DNA of 63,320 nt, counting the filler, from Saprolegnia diclina VS20 (Eukaryota), in assembly GCF_000281045.1 (NCBI RefSeq). It is 6 parts of 3 records of this genome, joined end to end, with 100 filler letters (N's around TTAATTAATTAA, not from the genome) between each part and the next. Parts side by side here need not be neighbours in the genome. Positions count along the whole stretch, not along the records: positions 50,678 to 61,201 come from NW_008246137.1; positions 61,302 to 63,320 come from NW_008246137.1; 4 more parts are not named here. One strand, written 5' to 3'. Position 1 is the first letter of the stretch; every line of letters starts with the position of its first letter. Below, one piece after another: positions 56,453-63,320 of this stretch. The notes under the pieces are model-generated. The model saw nothing but the letters and a program-made list of their open reading frames with translations. It made no database searches and was not told where the DNA came from. Position numbers and translations under genes: made by a program.

Positions 56453-57076
56453 TTACAATCGCAACACTTTTCGCCGAAAGCGAGCGCCTGACGTCGACTG
56501 CAACCAGAGCATCGCCACTGTGATAGCGCTAAGCGCTAGTACTTGGAGCGGCCACGCCAGCGACCCCGTATAGCCAAAGACGCTGGTGGTGACAAGGACC
56601 AAGGCGGCGATCGACGGGCCAACGCGGTGCATGAGCTCGAGGACGGCGGCGACCGGCACCAAGTACACGAGCACGAGACTCGATACGAGCGCGAGTACAT
56701 CGAGGGCGACTGTGAAGGGCAATAGCGGCGAGAGCGCCGCGTGCAGCGAGTTGAAGGTCGAGAAGACCAAGACAGCGCGGAGACCCAGTTGCGGGTGGTC
56801 GCTGAGGAGTGCACCGAGGAGTGGCGCCAGCCGCGCCTCTGCTTGGGTCACACCCAGTGCATGCAGCGTCCCGAGCGCGAGGACGCTTGCGTGAAGAGCG
56901 ACAAAGTACTTGACGACGACGCGGGGCTGGCCAACGCCGAGAACGACACCGGCGAGCAGCAAACACGCGTGGTAGAGGTCGCGCAATGGGCCAGCATCGG
57001 GCGCGATGACCGAGGTCGCGTTGACGTGGTAGGCATGGAGGTCCACGCACGCGGTGCGAAGCGAGGTCCAGTCCAT
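56453..57076 (-). CDS. Uncharacterised multi-pass membrane protein, family member 1
   Basis: 207 aa, hydrophobic. MDWTSLR start; LGV...LAPLLGALLSDHP motif shared with neighbours. Confidence 0.7.
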   Translation of the reverse strand: MDWTSLRTACVDLHAYHVNATSVIAPDAGPLRDLYHACLLLAGVVLGVGQPRVVVKYFVALHASVLALGTLHALGVTQAEARLAPLLGALLSDHPQLGLRAVLVFSTFNSLHAALSPLLPFTVALDVLALVSSLVLVYLVPVAAVLELMHRVGPSIAALVLVTTSVFGYTGSLAWPLQVLALSAITVAMLWLQSTSGARFRRKVLRL

Positions 57077-57391
57077 CGGCTCAGAGCTCTGGCGACTGGC
57101 GGCGACGGGCCGGGTTGTGTCGGACAGGCGCCGTGGTCGCGTCCGATTGGCTGTTGACGCGTTGACATGCCAATCAACAACCGTATCCGGATACGCTTGA
57201 CATTTGACCGCGGTTGCTGTATTAATAATAACAAGCGGAATCCAACCCGTGCGTCCTCGCCAACTGCATTTGTACGAGTGCAGATGGAAACCCCGTCAGG
57301 CGTGACGAGCTTGACTGAGAGGAGTTATAGGAACTAGACACTGTGGAAAAGGAACGTATGTATGCAAGGAAATAGCCTGGTACTAGTATTT

Positions 57392-58162
57392 CTAGTCTGC
57401 CTTGGGTCGCTCGTCGGCTACGTCTGTCGTATCTGCCCTCTCTGTCTCATTTGTCTGGTCCGCCTTGGTCGAGACCTGCGCCGTACTGCTGCATGCCGTC
57501 GTTGCGTGACGCTTGCGATCTTCCCACTCCAGCAGCATATGCGAGAGAAACACCGCGCCCAAGCAAAAGCCAGCGATGCACTGAACCGCCCACGAGAAGA
57601 GCCCGACGCACGCGTCAAGGCTCATCACGATGAGAGCAGTCGCGAGAGGGATGGCCACAGCGTTATCGATGCGCTTGTCATTTCGGTCGAGATGGACCTC
57701 GCTCCAGACAGTCACGCCGGCACCGACCACGAGAGCAATACCGTCGAGGAGCAGAGTTGGCGGCAAAGCAACGGCGGGCCAAGACGACGTGACTACGCAG
57801 AGCGCCGCAGACGAGAACATCGTCCAGTACAGCACAATGATGCCATAGCGGACGTGCGACGCCACCAAGGCGGCGAGCGCGAGGCCAAATGGCACTTCGT
57901 ACCGTGTTGGCAGGCCCAGCGAATGGGCGAGCGCGAGCCCCATCGCACTCACCGGAAAAGCGACACAGGTCCTGCCGATTGAGGGTCGGTAGAATCCGAT
58001 ACCGAGACCGACAAGAACGAGGCTGGCGCACATTGCGGAGCTGTAGTACGACGTGTCCGACGCGCAGAGATCGACCAAGGCGTCGACGAGTGCCCGTCGA
58101 CGAGTGCGTCCGTGTCTTGTTGGTGTAGTCGTCGTAGCGAGCGGCAAACGCGCTGCGAACAT
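57392..58162 (-). CDS. Uncharacterised multi-pass membrane protein, family member 2
   Basis: GFYRP...MGLALAHSLGLPTRYEV...ALVASHVRYG. Confidence 0.7.
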   Translation of the reverse strand: MFAARLPLATTTTPTRHGRTRRRALVDALVDLCASDTSYYSSAMCASLVLVGLGIGFYRPSIGRTCVAFPVSAMGLALAHSLGLPTRYEVPFGLALAALVASHVRYGIIVLYWTMFSSAALCVVTSSWPAVALPPTLLLDGIALVVGAGVTVWSEVHLDRNDKRIDNAVAIPLATALIVMSLDACVGLFSWAVQCIAGFCLGAVFLSHMLLEWEDRKRHATTACSSTAQVSTKADQTNETERADTTDVADERPKAD

Positions 58163-58619
58163 GGATATAGTCCATCGTTGAATCGATTCAACTAAGAAAT
58201 AAGAAAATATGAAGTGCGAAATAGAATGTCGATTGGCAGTCCACCACGTGTGGCACCGCATGTCGTGTAAAACGCACGTGTAAAATGTGCTGGATATAGA
58301 CACATTTGTATGGCCAGGCTTTCACACGGCAAACGTTGTTGAATACACATACGTGGGAAAGACACGCTCCTGAGTTGTCTATGTGGTTGATTGGGTTGTG
58401 GGTATTCATGTTTTTCACAACCCTGCAATAATCACATTCCAGCGCCAACGTCGATTCAGTGTTGCGCTCCGTACAGTCGCTACCGAACGGTGAAGGTACG
58501 TCAACCGGCCGGCTTTCTGGCCGCCACACGGCGACACAAGGTGACACAAATACTGTTTTTCGTGGAAACTCTAGTCGTTTAGTACATTCGTTGTTGTCAT
58601 CCCAACTTTTATCATCTTG

Positions 58620-59261
58620 CTAGTCGTGCTTCTTCGCACGTTGGGCGCGATCGTCTTGGTACGGACGCACGAGCAGCGGGACAGCGATACTGCACACAAC
58701 CGCCAACAGCACAGGTTTCGAGAGAGGTCCAACGTACGCGAGGACGCTCAACAGGATGAGACCAACGGCGACCAGCGCCGGCGCGTATCGTTCCATCGCC
58801 TTTAGTCCGGCACCCACACTGTTTCTTCCATAGAAGACAAAGCCAGCACCGTAGAGGAGAGCGGCAGCGTCCCGGTGCGGCGACGACATCGACGATGGCA
58901 AGAAGTGGAGCATGACCGAGGCGTTCTGAAGCCAAAAGACGATAAAATAGCCAAAGCGGGCGTGGAGCGCGACAGTTGCGGCCAGCAACTGAGTGAGTGG
59001 CACCCGAAAGTCCGCCGGGACGCCCAGCGTATCGGCGAGCGCCAGCCCCATCGCGCTCACAACCCACGCGACAACGATCTTCTCGAGGTGGCGAGGCCGG
59101 TAAACACCGAGGAAGAGGCCAAAGAGCGCCAGATTGCTGCAGACAGTATGGCGCAGCCACGGGGCGTCAAGGTCGTTGATGGCGTCGATGAGCGGGGGCT
59201 TGTTGGCGTGGTCGTTGAAGTGAGCGACCCAGCTACTGCGAAAGGCGACCCAGTCCATCAT
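58620..59261 (-). CDS. Uncharacterised multi-pass membrane protein, family member 3
   Basis: MMDWVAFRSSWVAH; GVYRP; MGLALADTLGVP; LLAATVALHARFG. Confidence 0.75.
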   Translation of the reverse strand: MMDWVAFRSSWVAHFNDHANKPPLIDAINDLDAPWLRHTVCSNLALFGLFLGVYRPRHLEKIVVAWVVSAMGLALADTLGVPADFRVPLTQLLAATVALHARFGYFIVFWLQNASVMLHFLPSSMSSPHRDAAALLYGAGFVFYGRNSVGAGLKAMERYAPALVAVGLILLSVLAYVGPLSKPVLLAVVCSIAVPLLVRPYQDDRAQRAKKHD

Positions 59262-59518
59262 GTCTTGTGGTGTCGATACGATTTGAGCTTTTGACTATCG
59301 CAGCTCCAGACCCCACTGCCGATCGGTTGTAAGCTGTCTCGATTCTGATTGGTTCATCAAATCATGTGTGAAACGCAAGTGCAAAGTAGGTGTGAAATCT
59401 CGTCCATACAAAAAACGCATAAACAGACAGGGTTGTAAGCTTCGTTCACCAATCCCACGCAAAAAACACGTCGTGTGAAAAAGTGCAACATCGACATTTT
59501 CAAATTGGCAAGGACAGC

Positions 59519-60151
59519 ATGGACAACTGGGCAGCCTTTGACGCCGCGTGGGTCGAGCACGCGCGGTTCTACCTCGCGAACCTCAACGCGCTCCATGGGT
59601 ATCTTCCGAACGTCGCCTCGCCCGACGACGCCGTGACGTGCTACGGGACGGGCGCGTTGCTGCTGCTCGTCGCCATTCTTGTCGGCGTCTACCGGCCGCG
59701 CCTCTTTCACTACATGCTCGCCTTTCCATCTACACTGCTCTGTCTCTCGTTTGCCCACGCGTTTGGGATGCCAGCGCAGTACGAAGTGCTCTTAGCGCCG
59801 CTTCTTGGCGCGTTCTTGGCGGAGCATCCCCGCGTTTGCTACTACGGTCTCCTGCTGCACTCGGACATGATGACGACGTTCTATTTCGTACCAGAGTGGT
59901 CGGCGCTCGTCAAGATCGCGGCCACCTTGGTCAAATCGCTGGCGTTTGCGGGTCTTCAATATGCGATCGGCGCGCCGCAACTCCTCGAGATGGTGGCGCC
60001 GTCGGTAATTGCCGCGTGGCTAGCCATGACGAGTGTGCACTATGGCTGCGTCGGCCTCGTGCCAACACCTCTCGCACAAGCTATTGGTTGTGGCGTCTTT
60101 GGTCTCGTACTGCGCCGTCAGCACCAAGAGGGACATCTCAAACTTTCTTAA
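59519..60151 (+). CDS. Uncharacterised multi-pass membrane protein, family member 4
   Basis: MDNWAAFDAAWVEH; GVYRP; FGMPAQYEVLLAPLLGAFLAEHPR. Confidence 0.75.
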   Translation: MDNWAAFDAAWVEHARFYLANLNALHGYLPNVASPDDAVTCYGTGALLLLVAILVGVYRPRLFHYMLAFPSTLLCLSFAHAFGMPAQYEVLLAPLLGAFLAEHPRVCYYGLLLHSDMMTTFYFVPEWSALVKIAATLVKSLAFAGLQYAIGAPQLLEMVAPSVIAAWLAMTSVHYGCVGLVPTPLAQAIGCGVFGLVLRRQHQEGHLKLS

Positions 60152-60296
60152 GGAGCTTGGGAGTTTCAACAAACGTGCACTTTATCACGTCCACTACTTG
60201 TCGATCCAGGAGGAAAGAAGAAGAATGTGCTCGAAGCGTGCAATGCCTTATACCAAAACGATGCAAATCTTGTAACTAGATATACCTGTACGACGT

Positions 60297-60944
60297 CTAG
60301 TGGTGCAGTGTGTCGACGGATTGCGCGGCAAAGTCGCGGAACTGACGCACGAGCGGTCCGGCACCCGCGACAACGATGAAAGCCCGCACTAGCTTGGGCT
60401 CGAAGCAAGCAGCGATGCTCGCTAGGATGAGACCGGCCCCGATGAGCGCCGACGCCGACTCTTGCAGGTACAAAAAGATAGACTCGTGGAGAAAGGCCGT
60501 CATCGACACAAGGCCGGCGCCACACACGAGTGCAGTCGCGTCCTGGCGCGTCGTCGACCAAGACGAGGGCATGAAACTCGATATGATACGTGCGTACACA
60601 AAGTAAAACAAGAGGTAGAGCCCACTGCGTATGTGGGTTGCAATGTACGCAGCCAGGAGAGAACTCAAAAGCGCATCGTACTGCGCCGGTACGCCGAGTG
60701 CGCCTGCGAGCGCGAGCCCCATCGGGGTCACAAAGACAGCAAGTAGGATCGTCCCCAGGTGTGCAGGGCAGAAGATGCCGATAAGAAGACCGAGTGGGAC
60801 CTGACTGCCGGTGACTGCAAACCATTGCCACGAGGCGACGTCCGAGGCATAAAGATCTCGCAAGGCGTTGGCGAGCTTGGCCAGGCTCGTGTTGAAGCGG
60901 AAGAAGTGGGCCAAATACGAGCTGCGGAAGGCGACCCAGCCCAT
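60297..60944 (-). CDS. Uncharacterised multi-pass membrane protein, family member 5
   Basis: MGWVAFRSSYLAH; GIFCP; MGLALAGALGVPAQY; LLAAYIATHIRSG. Confidence 0.75.
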   Translation of the reverse strand: MGWVAFRSSYLAHFFRFNTSLAKLANALRDLYASDVASWQWFAVTGSQVPLGLLIGIFCPAHLGTILLAVFVTPMGLALAGALGVPAQYDALLSSLLAAYIATHIRSGLYLLFYFVYARIISSFMPSSWSTTRQDATALVCGAGLVSMTAFLHESIFLYLQESASALIGAGLILASIAACFEPKLVRAFIVVAGAGPLVRQFRDFAAQSVDTLHH

Positions 60945-61301
60945 GCTTGTGAATCGGAGCCGATGCGATTGTGAACATAGTTCTGCGCAGACCCGCTCTG
61001 CAGACCGGTTGTCACAAGCTTGTTCAATGTGTGAAATGCAAGTGAAAAGAATGTGTGGATTGCCTTTTTATTCACACATCGCATTTCTTCCACACCCAAC
61101 TGCCAACAGCGTAAAATAGGTGTAAAAAGTGGGAAATTTCCTCGGAAGGTCAAATTTCACCAGAGCCACCAGCATGCATCTGAGATGCGTGTTGGCCACG
61201 ANNNNNNNNNNNNNNNNNNNNNNNNNNNNNNNNNNNNNNNNNNNNTTAATTAATTAANNNNNNNNNNNNNNNNNNNNNNNNNNNNNNNNNNNNNNNNNNN
61301 N

Positions 61302-61453
61302 GTGTAGTCGCCGTTCTTGCCCTCGCCGAGGACGACCTGCGCGACGACGCCGTTGATGAACGCCATCATGACAAACGTGCCGAGGACCTCGGCGATGCAC
61401 TCGCGGAGAAGCGGGTCGCGGACGCGGTACCAAGGTCGAGGTTGCCGTTGCAT
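61302..61453 (-). CDS. Aquaglyceroporin (MIP family) 5' end, truncated by an assembly gap
   Basis: LLRECIAEVLGTFVMMAFINGVVAQVVL matches TM1 (AEFLGT motif) of GlpF/AQP3-type channels. Confidence 0.8.
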
Positions 61454-62364
61454 GTTGCCCTTTGTCAAAATGGGAAAAAGTTGTTGTGAGAACGTCGCAA
61501 CTTCAATTTGACTCGTTTGGATTTTGGTACTGCTGGCATCGAGGAAGGGTTTGCGGAACATGGGATTCAGTGCGGGTCCCGCATGCGACACATGTTGACC
61601 ATAGGCGCCGGCGGTGGGTACTGGGGATGCAAGGTGACGGCGGCGGATCATCGCAGCGCGATCCACAACACAATGAATGTTTGGTCTCTCCTGTTTGGAC
61701 GCTGATGGAAATGGTGGCACCAATAGAGTTAGCAAAATGATGTGTCGTAGGGTTGGGCCATTTGGACGTGCTGTTATAAGTGCCTAGTGGTATAGTTGAC
61801 CGTGAATAAATGCATACTAGTCGAATAATGAAATTTATTCGGGAAGTTGTTGTTGGTGCAAGTCGAAGTGAGAAACAGCGCAATGCAGCTGCAGGGGTTG
61901 ACTTGTCGCTTGAGGAGACGCTCAAACAAGCGAGGATGCTTTCCCCAACCTGCGGTGAAAATACTCTGCACCCAGCATCTTGTGCAGGACACTACGAGTC
62001 AACACCGACTCGAGCTCTTGTGGTTAATTCGACACAGGATTTCAACCAAACAAGATCTCGAGTTAAACCATGCAGAGTCCAGCATTTTGCCACGTTTGCG
62101 CGTCGAAACGCTGTCTTTTTCTTTTGATGATTCACATTTCGGAGAAAGTTCCGGGCACGCTTAGTGCTGATTCTGGTTGTACTGGTACATCGTGGTGGGA
62201 AGGAAAAAACGACAATGCACAGCTACGACGCACGACAAGCCTGTCGTCGTTGGATCAAAGGGAGCTGCAAAAGTTGTAATTGGGCGATAAGAGCCATATC
62301 ACTCGATTGAGCTGTCGACGCCCTTTCTGGATGTCGAACACATAGTTTAGCATAAGACGCGATA

Positions 62365-62720
62365 CGAATGTACTATATATATGAACGTGTTTCGCGTAAT
62401 CTTCTCCTTCTTCTTCATTCGCTCGCCGGGCCGTGGCTGCGCAGGCGGCGGCGCGGGGGCTCGTCTGGCTCTTCTGTCGTCGCCCTACGACGCTTGTGGC
62501 CGCGGGTGGGGAGCACTGGACGACACGGTCGGTCAAATCTTTCCAGGCGTCGCGGTTAGCGGCAAAGCTACGCAGCTTGTCAAGGTCGTCGGGAGTCGCC
62601 AGCGACTGAGGCGGCGTCAGATACGAATGTACCAGTACCTTATTGATCGTGCGGATATAAGATGGTTTCTTATTGATCGTGCGGCTCCGGACCAAAGCTT
62701 GCAATTCCCTCGACAAGACA
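62365..62720 (-). mobile_element. Possible 3' end of a non-LTR retrotransposon
   Basis: LRSFAANRDAWKDL resembles the A-x-(D/N)R-xx-W end of RTE-type ORFs. It is followed by GAAGATTACGCGAAACACGTTCATATATA, similar to the end of the insertion at 28841-28977. Confidence 0.4.
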
Positions 62721-63320
62721 TCTCGCGAAGCTCATGTCGTCGCTCTCTCGCTTCCAGTTGTCAGTGGTAACGCTATGCAATTTCAACTAGAGTAGACAAG
62801 TTGGGCATCGAAGAGCCTGCCGGTGATGCAAATGTGGGCCTGCAAGAAGTATAGTTCTGTGCACTTAGGAACGGACGCCACGTATGGAAGGGCAAATTCG
62901 GCAAGACATGCATCAAAAGCCAGTTTGAAGATACCGAAAGGAGCCGCACTGCTTGGTCCAAAAGGACTTGGTCCCAGCAGGTCTGATCTAGAACTGGATC
63001 GCTGCTACACAAGTACCCACTTGAAGCGTGCTCCAGATCATGGTCCGAAGCAAAAGACACGGCCGTTCGAACTGCCCCTGAGAAGGGCTCCGCACCCATT
63101 GAGGTCGAAAACAAAGTGATCTCGTCGCGTCGATGCTTCCCAGATAGAAATGCGCACCCACGGTGCGTCTTCGACGAGGCAGCCACGTGGGTTGCCAGTC
63201 ATTCGTACCTTCTATCATTTGCTCGGCTGCTCATCGACTCGAACGAGCTGTGCACTAGTGTCTGTTAGTTGTTTGCTGCACTTTGGTCCAGTTGCCGTGC
63301 TCCCTGAACACTTGCGAAAC

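Overview
Eukaryotic draft-assembly window. The short GT-AG introns, GC-rich codons and gene families suggest an oomycete of the Saprolegniales type; this is inference. It has several N-gaps, five of which carry an artificial TTAATTAATTAA spacer. The centrepiece (about 29.7-48.4 kb) is a cluster of four intronless ~930-1000 aa genes plus one 5'-truncated relic. Each full gene fuses an N-terminal cytochrome P450 that lacks the O2-activating I-helix Thr to a C-terminal non-haem-iron lipoxygenase (LOX) domain (H-x4-H, third His, C-terminal Ile). This looks like a self-contained oxylipin synthase family. Three copies start with an N-myristoylation consensus. The fourth has a signal-peptide-like start and has lost the P450 haem cysteine. 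The cluster is interleaved with Helitron helicase relics, one with an intact 3' hairpin-CTAG end and a nested PIF/Harbinger element. Other genes: RNase H1 with two hybrid-binding domains, choline/ethanolamine phosphotransferase, an Old Yellow Enzyme, two RarD transporters, V-ATPase subunit a, two ankyrin proteins, a SIL1-motif mini-protein, a PX protein, a frameshifted MYND gene, an M14 carboxypeptidase, five related unknown membrane proteins and a partial aquaglyceroporin.
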